Shown here: positions 35,442 to 43,318 of the stretch, piece by piece
Numbering within the stretch: the first letter of the stretch is position 1
Layout: each line of letters opens with the position of its first letter
Source: a virus
Taxonomy: Duplodnaviria; Caudoviricetes
DNA: 52,349 nucleotides
Virus record (IMG/VR): IMGVR_UViG_3300045257_000113
Location: 1 to 52,349 of that record
Strand: one strand, 5' to 3'
Made by a program: the position numbers and the translations under genes
The notes under the pieces: model-generated
The model's database searches: none
What the model saw: only the letters and a program-made list of their open reading frames with translations
Told to the model about the DNA's origin: nothing

Positions 35442-36334
35442 TTGCTTCCCTCCGGTTTGCAGTGGCCAAAGTGGCTTCGATAGCAGCGGCTATAATCGCC
35501 ATCCACAGTCCATTCAACCCGCACAGGGCGGTTCTCGATCAACTCGAAGCTCCCACCGCCCTGGTCGGCATCTAAAGCAAACCATGCCCCATTCTCAGTG
35601 AGAACCCAGAGGATGTCACCCTGGCATCGGTCACACTTCGCCTTGCGCGGCGCTGGGGCAGGCTTGGGCTGGGCTCTGACGATCTTTTCCAGGTCGCTGT
35701 AGAAACATTTCAGATGGTTCTTGGCGCTATTTACAACTATCTCCTGAGCCGACCGAAGCCTGCTTTGGCGAACTACTACCTCGATGAATGTTTCGCGCAT
35801 CTTGGCTGCTTTTTCGAGTAACTGTTCTTCCGGCTTGGGCGGCTCCCAGCCCGCCTCTCGCTTTGGTGCCGTGGTTCCTTTTGTCTTCTTGCGCAGCTTC
35901 CGGCAAATCTTGCAATCCTTGTTTTTCTTCTTGTCGTGAAACCCCTTCATCCGGCAGTCGCGGCAAGTAACCTTCCAAGACTCAACCGCTACTGGAGGAG
36001 GCTCGGACTTGTTCTCTTCTGAAATTGGCTCCATGTAAGAACTTAAGGCGTCATCCAAATGCGCCAGTGTCGCATTTGCATCTATTTCTGGTTCCTTAAT
36101 CCGCCTGAGCCATCGCTGCACAGTTCTCGGGTGCAATCCCAGTTTGCTCACGGTTGGCAACCATTCTGTATGAGGAATCCTTTTTCTGAGCCTTTCCAGT
36201 TTAGCCGCCAGCCTCTCGCTGTACCGCAGCAGGGATTTACCGGCATTGCAATACTGGGCACAATCTTCCTCGATGGATCGCATCAGCTCCTCTGTCGTTT
36301 CCTCTTTTTGCTGAACAGCAGCGGGCGGGCTCAT
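35438..36334 (-). CDS. DUF3102-like DNA-binding protein with a C-terminal zinc domain
   Basis: LERLRKRIPHTEWLP...LHPRTVQRWL; the C-terminal CDRC..ILW...ALD...HFGHC matches the 33995..34180 protein; start uncertain. Confidence 0.55.
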   Translation of the reverse strand: MSPPAAVQQKEETTEELMRSIEEDCAQYCNAGKSLLRYSERLAAKLERLRKRIPHTEWLPTVSKLGLHPRTVQRWLRRIKEPEIDANATLAHLDDALSSYMEPISEENKSEPPPVAVESWKVTCRDCRMKGFHDKKKNKDCKICRKLRKKTKGTTAPKREAGWEPPKPEEQLLEKAAKMRETFIEVVVRQSRLRSAQEIVVNSAKNHLKCFYSDLEKIVRAQPKPAPAPRKAKCDRCQGDILWVLTENGAWFALDADQGGGSFELIENRPVRVEWTVDGDYSRCYRSHFGHCKPEGSK

Positions 36335-36347
36335 TGGCAAAACGTGT

Positions 36348-36620
36348 TTAGCGTCCAAGGGGCACCGCCTTCCCCTTAAAGACTTCCCGCATAACTTGGC
36401 GAGACGTAGCCCTGAATCCTTCAACACCTATCTCGTTGAACGCATTTCTCAGCTTGTCGGCATCCCATCGGCTCTCAATCAGCCAAGCAAAGTTCCGTGA
36501 GTCGAGCGATTCATCACATTCGCTTCTGGCGATCTGCCGCAAGCGGGCATGGCGTTTGGGCCAGTCGCCATCAAAAGGCCAGTAAACCGTGACGAGCCAG
36601 AACAGTTTCTTTGGAAGCAT
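36348..36620 (-). CDS. Hypothetical protein
   Basis: GGAG SD before MLPKKLFW. Confidence 0.55.
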   Translation of the reverse strand: MLPKKLFWLVTVYWPFDGDWPKRHARLRQIARSECDESLDSRNFAWLIESRWDADKLRNAFNEIGVEGFRATSRQVMREVFKGKAVPLGR

Positions 36621-36640
36621 CCATCGTCTCCAAACAGAAA

Positions 36641-36721
36641 GAGCCTGATCCCGCTTCCTTGTCGCCCGCCGCGATGCACCGCAATGGAAGTGCTCGAAGC
36701 CAAGGAAGCGGGGCCAGGCCC
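36641..36721 (-). ncRNA. Long-stem structured element (RNase III-site-like)
   Basis: Perfect 12-bp CCCGCUUCCUUG/CAAGGAAGCGGG plus an 8-bp outer stem with G-U pairs on the - strand; followed by UUUC. Confidence 0.55.
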
Positions 36722-36787
36722 ACAATTATCATAGTGGCCCATTGCGTTAAGTTGCGTCGTCGGCGAAGACAACAGGAACAGTAGAAC

Positions 36788-37024
36788 CTAAACACGCTCG
36801 GGATGCAAGTGCTTTTTCTTCGCTGCTTCAAGAGCAGCTTCCCAGGTGGGGCCGGAGATGTCCGTGAATCTTGGCCAGTGCGTGGCATTAACTGCCCTAT
36901 CCGGATTCGCACTGAATAGGCGAATCGTGCAGCGGTTCTCGAATCCCTCCGACAGCAGCACCGCCCGCGCGTTCTCTCCGAACAGTCGGCGGACCTCGTC
37001 GTCAGCGGCGCAGTGGCTAAGCAT
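36788..37024 (-). CDS. Hypothetical protein
   Basis: Coupled ORF, ends GPTWEAALEAAK. Confidence 0.6.
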   Translation of the reverse strand: MLSHCAADDEVRRLFGENARAVLLSEGFENRCTIRLFSANPDRAVNATHWPRFTDISGPTWEAALEAAKKKHLHPERV

Positions 37025-37259
37025 CGGTCTTCCTTTCCTGGGTAACGGCCAGGGCTTCGGGATCGGCCATGATCGCTGCTAAGTCTTGAGCAGCTTGAAT
37101 CGCGTATCCCAAAATCTGCAACGCTGAACGGGTCGCCAAAAGGCTGTCGCAAAATCGCAGGCATGACCGGCAACCCATCGTGTGCCGAATCATGGCGGCA
37201 ATTGTAGCCCTGCTTTGGTTGCCCTTACCGCGCATCGCTTGGAACTCTTCACAGGTCAT
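37017..37259 (-). CDS. zf-HC2 (anti-sigma zinc finger)-like small protein
   Basis: MTCEEF...HTMGCRSC; AGGAGG SD. Confidence 0.6.
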   Translation of the reverse strand: MTCEEFQAMRGKGNQSRATIAAMIRHTMGCRSCLRFCDSLLATRSALQILGYAIQAAQDLAAIMADPEALAVTQERKTDA

Positions 37260-38119
37260 GGGATTGCCTCCTGGGGCTGTTTGAGCGGTTTCTTTCGGAC
37301 CGATCCTAAAGTTTTTTCGTATTCACTGGGCGGCAAGTGCCGCATGCTGTCGATCTTCAGCGCGGCACAGGCTCGCTTCAGGCCATCAGGGGTGATCTCC
37401 CGCTTTTCGATTTCGGCCGAGAGTTCGTCGTACTGGGCCTGGGTGATGTATTGGCCGTTCTCGATGATCTCGCCATCGCTGGTTGTCGCTGGTGTGGCCT
37501 GCTCGATCTTACCTGTCATCTCGCCGAGCAGCTTGCGGAACTTCGGGTAGAACTCTTCGAGGGCGGCTCGGAGCTTGGCCGTGAAATCGTCCTCAGTCAC
37601 GCGCACGAGCAAAGCCGGCAAGCCTGGGGCGTAGGAAACGAAGTCTACCCACTTCCGCCCGGTAACGATCAATTCACCGTGAACCTGGGGCTTGTACTCG
37701 GCTGGAAGGATCTGCCCCGCCATGAGGTACTCGGCATGAGTCGAAGCATTCGGACATTTCAGCTCGAGCGCTCCGTCACCGTTTACCAGTCCGTCTGGAG
37801 AGCAGCCGAACCGCTTGTCATCCGTCATGCAGAATCCACCGTTGGTGACATTGACGCTGTGATGAGCGGCATACCACCGACGCGCCGACTCTTCGCACTC
37901 TTGCCCCCAGCGCACGGCCCGATTGGTAAACGACTCGGCGTGTTCTGGATAGTAGGGGCTCGTCACGTCGCCGATCAGTTGGGCGGCATACTTCGTCCAC
38001 TGCTTCGATAACTCGCCCTTGGCCGGCGTGATGATCTTGTCGAACTCGCTCGCCGTGGGGATGCCGCGGCGAAGCGTATGCCAGGTTGGCGAGCCTTGCT
38101 CAACGTCGTAAAAGATCAC
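37256..38119 (-). CDS. YqaJ / lambda-exonuclease family nuclease
   Basis: EQGSPTWHTLRRGIPTASEF, GCSPDGLV, LELKCP, YKPQVHG; GTG start overlaps the ERF stop. Confidence 0.92.
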   Translation of the reverse strand: MIFYDVEQGSPTWHTLRRGIPTASEFDKIITPAKGELSKQWTKYAAQLIGDVTSPYYPEHAESFTNRAVRWGQECEESARRWYAAHHSVNVTNGGFCMTDDKRFGCSPDGLVNGDGALELKCPNASTHAEYLMAGQILPAEYKPQVHGELIVTGRKWVDFVSYAPGLPALLVRVTEDDFTAKLRAALEEFYPKFRKLLGEMTGKIEQATPATTSDGEIIENGQYITQAQYDELSAEIEKREITPDGLKRACAALKIDSMRHLPPSEYEKTLGSVRKKPLKQPQEAIP

Positions 38120-38877
38120 TTCTTGCCTGCCTTCCTCTTCGCCGCCTGCCACTCGGCGCGGTACTGCCCCATGATCGTCTCGTATTGAACCTTGGTCAGA
38201 TTCTCCAAGGCATCGAGCTTGAGCCACTTGAAATAGTCTGCCCGGTCAAAGGCAAGCGTGCGGAGAAGGTCGTCAACTTCCTTGAGTTGGTTTTCATCCG
38301 CCATTGCTGTGCGGTTTCCATCATTGTCCTCGCCGGCAATCGTCAGGTTGAAGATCCAGGTCACAAGCCGGCGCTGCCCGTAGCTCCCTGTTGAGACGGC
38401 CCCTTGCACTGCGTTCATTCCGCCAATCGGGTTCCCCTTGGGACCGATCCCATCAACCGGCAGATCAACCTGTGCGTGGTCGATGTGGCCTTCGACGTGG
38501 CGGATCGTACAAATCGTCCGCTTGTGATTTGGTAGCGGCGAGTCGGCCTCGCTAAATGACAGGCTGAAGCCATGCCTGGTGTAAACCGGCTTGGCTACCT
38601 TCTGGACCGTCTCCAGCTTGGCGTACATGGATTTGGTTTGGTCGTTCGTAGCGTCACGGACAACGATTTCCATTTCGGCCTGGGCGTCACGCATCGAACA
38701 GTTGTAGGCGGCCAGTGCACGAGCCGCTTCGAGCCGCTCATGCAAGCCGACGAGTTTTTCCAGTTCAGCGGCCGGCAGTTTCAATTCGACGGCTCGTTCG
38801 ATAATCGCCAGGCTGCCCTTCTGATGGACAGGCGGCTTGTCGGGCAAGGCATCAGTTACTTCTGGTTCTACTGTCAT
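38116..38877 (-). CDS. erf: ERF-family single-strand annealing protein
   Basis: YAKLETV...HGFSL, QGAVSTGSYGQRRL...FNL..GEDNDG. Confidence 0.85.
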   Translation of the reverse strand: MTVEPEVTDALPDKPPVHQKGSLAIIERAVELKLPAAELEKLVGLHERLEAARALAAYNCSMRDAQAEMEIVVRDATNDQTKSMYAKLETVQKVAKPVYTRHGFSLSFSEADSPLPNHKRTICTIRHVEGHIDHAQVDLPVDGIGPKGNPIGGMNAVQGAVSTGSYGQRRLVTWIFNLTIAGEDNDGNRTAMADENQLKEVDDLLRTLAFDRADYFKWLKLDALENLTKVQYETIMGQYRAEWQAAKRKAGKK

Positions 38878-38894
38878 GGGTTGGCCTCGTGGGG

Positions 38895-39215
38895 TTAGGC
38901 GGTTGGTTGTTCTTGTAACGCTTTGACTTCGTGATCGGCGAGAATCTTGCCGTAGCGCAGAAGCGAGTCGATCATCCATTCATAGCCGCAGAACCCAGCC
39001 GACTTCTTGCGGATCTGCGCTGCGTCCGATTTGCTGACTTCGCGAACTCGGACGCACGCACACCAGCCATCGGACCATCGGTAAGTGTGCGAGCCGATTA
39101 ACTCGGCTGGTATGTCACGCAGACTGCGGATCACAGCCCATAGTCGATCTTCACCGGACCATTTGCCATTCCACGACGGCGCGGAAGGCATGGTCAACGA
39201 AAAACAAACGAGCAT
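38895..39215 (-). CDS. Phage hypothetical protein
   Basis: MP..SWNGKWSG...YRWSDGW...GFCGYEWMIDS; GGAGG SD. Confidence 0.75.
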   Translation of the reverse strand: MLVCFSLTMPSAPSWNGKWSGEDRLWAVIRSLRDIPAELIGSHTYRWSDGWCACVRVREVSKSDAAQIRKKSAGFCGYEWMIDSLLRYGKILADHEVKALQEQPTA

Positions 39216-39238
39216 GGTTGGCCTCCAGGGTTAGAGAA

Positions 39239-39309
39239 AGTGGACATCCGGCGTTGACCCGGAACCCCCGCTTAGCAGCGGAATGCTACTGCCCTTACAC
39301 CATGCCCAC
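39239..39309 (-). tRNA. tRNA-like gene with a 4-nt (anticodon-deleted) loop; no encoded CCA
   Basis: GUGGGCA/UGUCCAC acceptor, U8, GUGU/GCAU D-stem with GG in the loop, CCGCU-GCUA-AGCGG, GGGU variable region, UCCGG-GUCAACG-CCGGA T-arm. Confidence 0.65.
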
Positions 39310-39317
39310 AAATCGAG

Positions 39318-39680
39318 TCAATCACGGTATCGGTCAGGGTCGGGCTCACTTGCCTCTGCGTGCTCAGCCACGTACTGTTGCAGCCGGTCAATCAGATTAT
39401 CGTCATTGTCGATTTGCTTGAGCATCGCGCGGCGCTCTTCATCCGTGGCAGTACGGCCGATCTCACCAATGGCCGTATGAAGCACACGGATGTTTTGCAG
39501 TTCGATCTCGCCGCCCTCAGCAGGGTCGCCAGGGTCGCTAGAATGCGGCTGGTACATGGTCGCTGGCGTGAACTCGCTGATCGAGTAATCCAGGCCAAGG
39601 GTAATGGAGCAGAGTTCCCCGCGAAACTCGAACTCCTCGTCTTCCCATTCCAGGTGTCCAGAAAATGCTGGTCGTTTCAT
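39318..39680 (-). CDS. Acidic hypothetical protein
   Basis: GGGAG SD, ATGA coupling. Confidence 0.7.
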   Translation of the reverse strand: MKRPAFSGHLEWEDEEFEFRGELCSITLGLDYSISEFTPATMYQPHSSDPGDPAEGGEIELQNIRVLHTAIGEIGRTATDEERRAMLKQIDNDDNLIDRLQQYVAEHAEASEPDPDRYRD

Positions 39681-39865
39681 GCTCCGCTCCCTTCTGCTGG
39701 CTCATCTTGGTAGTACCGCTCCTCGATCTCCTGCGAGCTGAGTAGCGGCTGTCCATGGCTCTCACGCCAGTCGTTGATCGCTTGGGCGCGTTGCAGGATC
39801 TTCTCGTCCTCGACGATCTTGGCACGGGCTAGTTCCTGCCGGTTGCGTTCATCGGTCAGAGACAT
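39677..39865 (-). CDS. Hypothetical protein
   Basis: GAGGAG SD. Confidence 0.65.
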   Translation of the reverse strand: MSLTDERNRQELARAKIVEDEKILQRAQAINDWRESHGQPLLSSQEIEERYYQDEPAEGSGA

Positions 39866-40046
39866 TCGATTCCTCCTCGGAGTGAAACGCCAGCATTTGC
39901 CTCAAAAAAACACGCTCGGTAGCAAACTCGGCTCCATTGTGGGACCAGTGCTCAAGCTTCACCAAAAGCTGCGCTGCGAATAGTCGCCATTGCCTACTCT
40001 CTCGTTGCAGCGATGCTACCAGGTCGCCTAGGGTCATGTCGGTCAT
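39849..40046 (-). CDS. Hypothetical protein
   Basis: AAAGGAGG SD before MTDMTLG. Confidence 0.6.
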   Translation of the reverse strand: MTDMTLGDLVASLQRESRQWRLFAAQLLVKLEHWSHNGAEFATERVFLRQMLAFHSEEESNVSDR

Positions 40047-40068
40047 TGGTCCTCCTTTGGGCGCGGTG

Positions 40069-40323
40069 TTAAATCTCACGCTCAATGCGTCCACCATCAG
40101 CGGGATTGCCGATCAAGAGCCAGCGCGAGCCATCGCTGCCGATCACGCGCAGCCGCTCATCGTCAATGACCTCGACCCCCACAATCGTAGCTTGTTGTTC
40201 TTCCCCCGTTACCGGACCGGGCAGGGTGAATGCTACGGGCAAATCCCAGTTGTCCGGGTCTTGTACCTTGGAGAGCATCACCATGCCCTCTTCGACTTTG
40301 CACGTTCGGTTCTGCCAGATCAT
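40069..40323 (-). CDS. Hypothetical protein
   Basis: GAGGA SD. Confidence 0.65.
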   Translation of the reverse strand: MIWQNRTCKVEEGMVMLSKVQDPDNWDLPVAFTLPGPVTGEEQQATIVGVEVIDDERLRVIGSDGSRWLLIGNPADGGRIEREI

Positions 40324-40373
40324 GGCGTTCCTCGCGGTGTTAAATCACTCTCGACGAAAGCGGCCTTCCCTTC

Positions 40374-40765
40374 GGCATCCCTATCCTAAACAGGGCTTTG
40401 CTCTGGCTGGTGATTCCTCTAGCCGTTTCCGAGCACGTCACTGTAGCAAAGAGAGGGCGCCGGCTTATGCCTTTAGGGATGCCATTAGGACCCAGGACGT
40501 AGGCCGCATTGCAGGATCAACTACCTGCCCGGAGCTCTGGGATTTCGCCGTGCCTCTACACCCGCGCTGGGTAACAGCGCGTCTACTTCCACGGGTCGGG
40601 CCAATCCGTGGCGCGGTCCGCTTTTCGCCGGCAGCGGTCCGTGATCTTAACCGTGGCAGCACAGGTCCAAGATTTGGCTTGCAATGTGTTGTGAACATGA
40701 TAAGCTGATCTCGTCTGTGCTTGCCGCACCGAACTCGGGCCAGGGGTATTACCAACCTCTGGCCC
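40374..40765. ncRNA. Candidate large structured non-coding region
   Basis: No credible ORF; dense stems, including GGCATCCCTA/TAGGGATGCC, CTTTGCT/AGCAAAG, GCAGG/CCTGC, CGCGCTG/CAGCGCG, CCACGG/CCGTGG, AGCACAG/CTGTGCT and GGGCCAG/CTGGCCC. Confidence 0.5.
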
Positions 40766-40794
40766 TTCCGTTTTATCCTCACCTTAAAGCAAAA

Positions 40795-41013
40795 TCAAGT
40801 CGAACTGCCCGGCTCTGGCAATGGGTCAAGCCCGGCTGCCAGTTCGGTCACGAACTTTGCCATTTGCCGCCGCACTGCTTGGATGGGCCATTCGCACCCG
40901 TCAAGCACGAAAGCTTCGGCTTCCCCGCCTATGTTGATCTGCCAGGGCTTTAGCGGCCACGCTGGGCTATTGCGGAACCAATCCTCAACGGCTTGTTCTA
41001 ATGTGCGTTGCAT
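40795..41013 (-). CDS. Hypothetical protein
   Basis: GAAAGGGG SD before MQRTLEQ. Confidence 0.6.
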   Translation of the reverse strand: MQRTLEQAVEDWFRNSPAWPLKPWQINIGGEAEAFVLDGCEWPIQAVRRQMAKFVTELAAGLDPLPEPGSST

Positions 41014-41032
41014 GGATTCCCCTTTCAGGGTT

Positions 41033-41067
41033 AAAACCCCCTGCCCTCTCGGCTGAGCGGCAGGGGG
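41033..41067 (-). terminator. Rho-independent terminator candidate
   Basis: CCCCCTGCC/GGCAGGGGG 9-bp stem followed by TTTT on the - strand. Confidence 0.6.
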
Positions 41068-41081
41068 CGAACATGAGGAAG

Positions 41082-41807
41082 TTACTCGGCAAATTGCTCT
41101 GCCACGCGCTGAAGGACGCCATCCATGATGTACTGTTGCCCGGTGCAGCAGCGGCCCCACCATGTCCCATAGGCGTTATCCAGGACGCATTCCCCGATTC
41201 CCTTGAGTTTGTCCGCGAGCCAATTGGTGACGCGCCACCATTCGTAAATCTCGGCTTCGTGCTCGCAAGCATTATCACTCACAGCGTCTCGGTAGTCCTT
41301 GAGGCCGTCAATCGTTTCATCGTCCATATTGGCGAGCAGGGCAAGGCGCAGCGTTTCGATGGTCTCATTATCTCGGCAATCGATTGAAGCGTCAGTAAGC
41401 AATTCGACCATTGCCTCACGGCTGAGCGCCCAGGGGTCAGGGTCAGGCTTGTCGATTCCTTTGTCTTCGAGCCATTCCCAGCATTGCTCAACGGTCCAGT
41501 CGGAAGAATCGACTGTCCGGTTGGCCACGCTGTCATAGTCCCACTCGCGGGCCATTTCGCCGGATAGCTCGCCGCTCATGCCGGCCTTGAGCAAATCATC
41601 CACAAGGCAGGAATCGCAGTGCAGGATATCCCGGTCCTGGTAGATTTCGGCGAGTTCTTCGATGCGGATTGCCCGGCGTTCTTCGGGAGTCGCCTTGCGC
41701 CAAGTCTGGCGGTCGGTGCGGATGCGAAGCTTGTCGCCGTGCGAATCACCCTTGTAGGTGATGCTCGTGCCACGCGGCCAGAGCTGTTTTGTGTGCGTTT
41801 CGGTCAT
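41082..41807 (-). CDS. Acidic early hypothetical protein
   Basis: GGAGG SD; C-terminal EIYEWWRVTNWLADKL...WWGRCCTGQ. Confidence 0.75.
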   Translation of the reverse strand: MTETHTKQLWPRGTSITYKGDSHGDKLRIRTDRQTWRKATPEERRAIRIEELAEIYQDRDILHCDSCLVDDLLKAGMSGELSGEMAREWDYDSVANRTVDSSDWTVEQCWEWLEDKGIDKPDPDPWALSREAMVELLTDASIDCRDNETIETLRLALLANMDDETIDGLKDYRDAVSDNACEHEAEIYEWWRVTNWLADKLKGIGECVLDNAYGTWWGRCCTGQQYIMDGVLQRVAEQFAE

Positions 41808-41890
41808 AATTCAGATCCTCCCATGTTCTAGGTACACTAAGGCGAAGTTTACCCGGCTACAACAGGTAGCGGGGTGTCAAATTGCGTGTG

Positions 41891-42175
41891 TCATTTAGGC
41901 TTAAGCTTTATGGCGTCGTATCCGCATTTTGTGCATTCCCAGCCAGTGTCTAGTTCTCCAAGGCAGATCGGGCAGAAGTCCTGTTTTACCAGCTCCTTGC
42001 CTAATTTGCCGGGGCTTTGTTCGTCCAAAATTGCTTCTTCGTCTCCAGTCCACCATTCACGGTCACATTCGTGACAATGCTTCATGACGTTTCCTGGCTT
42101 GATTTCCAGGCGTGAGAGCTTGCCCACTGTTTTGCACCAAACGCAGCTGCCAGCGGTCTTTTCCCATTCCGGCAT
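41891..42175 (-). CDS. Double zinc-ribbon protein
   Basis: CVWC, CHEC, CPIC and CTKC motifs; GAGGA SD. Confidence 0.65.
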   Translation of the reverse strand: MPEWEKTAGSCVWCKTVGKLSRLEIKPGNVMKHCHECDREWWTGDEEAILDEQSPGKLGKELVKQDFCPICLGELDTGWECTKCGYDAIKLKPK

Positions 42176-42182
42176 GTCGTCC

Positions 42183-42353
42183 TCATTTCGCGTGATAAAC
42201 AGCATGGATCTTGCGTCCGCAGTAGAGAGTTGCGTCAATAGTCTGGTTAGGCAGGATGTGCTCTACCAGCCACGCAACAGCGTCACGAAGCGAGCTGAAG
42301 TCAGGGCCGACACGGTAAGAGCCCTGCCTAATGGTCCATTTCTTCATGTTCAT
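42183..42353 (-). CDS. Hypothetical protein (56 aa, not in ORF track)
   Basis: MNMKKWTIRQGSYRVGPDFSSLRDAVAWL...; AAGGG SD. Confidence 0.5.
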   Translation of the reverse strand: MNMKKWTIRQGSYRVGPDFSSLRDAVAWLVEHILPNQTIDATLYCGRKIHAVYHAK

Positions 42354-42432
42354 TTCCCTTTCAATTCAGAGTGAGTAGGGGTATAGGCCACTTTGGGGCG
42401 TCCAAACGCCTTGGCGGGCCTGTTTTGGCGAT

Positions 42433-42783
42433 TCAGGCTAATAATTCGAGCTGTTCGGCCGCGTCAGACACCTTGCGGTTCAACTCGGCCAACGCCTCAG
42501 CCTTCATATCGTCGTAATATCCGCCCGGTTGCTTGAAGTCGGCCTCAGAGCGATACGAGCAGCAGCCAAGGTAGTCATCGCCCTCAAATTCGTTCCAATG
42601 GGCACTAACGCGGATTGTGCACCATGCCCATTCGTTGCCCGATTCGAGCTGATCTTCAATCCATTTCTCGGCTTTGCTGTCTTCCTCAGGGCTGATCGCA
42701 GAGCAATTGCCTTTGATCGATGCATCCTCAGGCAAGCACTCAAGCCTAAACTCTACTTCGGCTTCCGTCAATTTGCGGACCAT
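42433..42783 (-). CDS. Acidic early hypothetical protein
   Basis: GGGAG SD; WAWC..V.A.W...G.DYLGCCSY...YYDDM. Confidence 0.75.
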   Translation of the reverse strand: MVRKLTEAEVEFRLECLPEDASIKGNCSAISPEEDSKAEKWIEDQLESGNEWAWCTIRVSAHWNEFEGDDYLGCCSYRSEADFKQPGGYYDDMKAEALAELNRKVSDAAEQLELLA

Positions 42784-42829
42784 GTATCACTCCCTCATAT
42801 TCAAGGCGACTCCCAGACTGCACAGCGCA

Positions 42830-42878
42830 GCCCTTGCTTGACCCGCCCGCAACCGATGTCCAGGCGGGTAGCAAGAGC
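42830..42878 (-). other. 18-bp bulged hairpin (RNase III-site-like)
   Basis: GCUCUUGCU/AGCAAGGGC plus ACCCGCCUG/CGGGCGGGU, with G-U pairs on the - strand. Confidence 0.5.
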
Positions 42879-42882
42879 AGAG

Positions 42883-43074
42883 CTAAACCCGCTCAATTGA
42901 CCTCAGCACAATCCCCGTACCAGGAATGGCGTCGTACAGGATATGCAAACCCCACAGCGTAGACCGATGGTGCAATAGGACATAGCCACGCTGCCAACCG
43001 CAGATGACGTTCCAGCCATGCCGCTTGGCCCGCTGCACAGCATCAGACACACTCCAAGCCCCGCGAATGCTCAT
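42883..43074 (-). CDS. Hypothetical protein
   Basis: GGGGAG SD. Confidence 0.5.
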   Translation of the reverse strand: MSIRGAWSVSDAVQRAKRHGWNVICGWQRGYVLLHHRSTLWGLHILYDAIPGTGIVLRSIERV

Positions 43075-43099
43075 GTTCTGTACTCCCCAAGGGCGACCA

Positions 43100-43318
43100 C
43101 TAAACCAACCACGCCAACAACAGCGCGGTCACCACGCACGCTACCAACTCCCATACCCAAGAGCGGCCACAGCAGCCCTTGTGCAAGGCTCGGTACTGCG
43201 CCCGCACTGCATCCAAGCGACGTAGGTCATCCCACTCAAAGTCAGCATACACGTCCGCTGTGGCCGGCAGCGATACTGGCTCGCTCATGTTGTCCATCGC
43301 ACACCCCACTGTTAGCAC
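43100..43318 (-). CDS. Hypothetical protein with a C-terminal TM helix
   Basis: First ORF of the - arm; start uncertain. Confidence 0.4.
   Translation of the reverse strand: MLTVGCAMDNMSEPVSLPATADVYADFEWDDLRRLDAVRAQYRALHKGCCGRSWVWELVACVVTALLLAWLV

Noticed and set aside
39239-39309. Reading the tRNA-like element as a functional Ser(GCU) or amber-suppressor (CUA) tRNA, or as an attP site
   Set aside because: A 7-nt loop cannot be formed with a paired stem, TAG is used as a normal stop, and no integrase is present
40062-40346. TAACACCGCG resembles a lambda operator half-site
   Set aside because: No palindromic partner and no CI/Cro gene; better explained as a gene-boundary repeat
40465-40782. 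105-aa - strand ORF across the structured region
   Set aside because: Arg/Gly/Pro-rich non-protein-like sequence with no clear SD; treated as non-coding, though not proven
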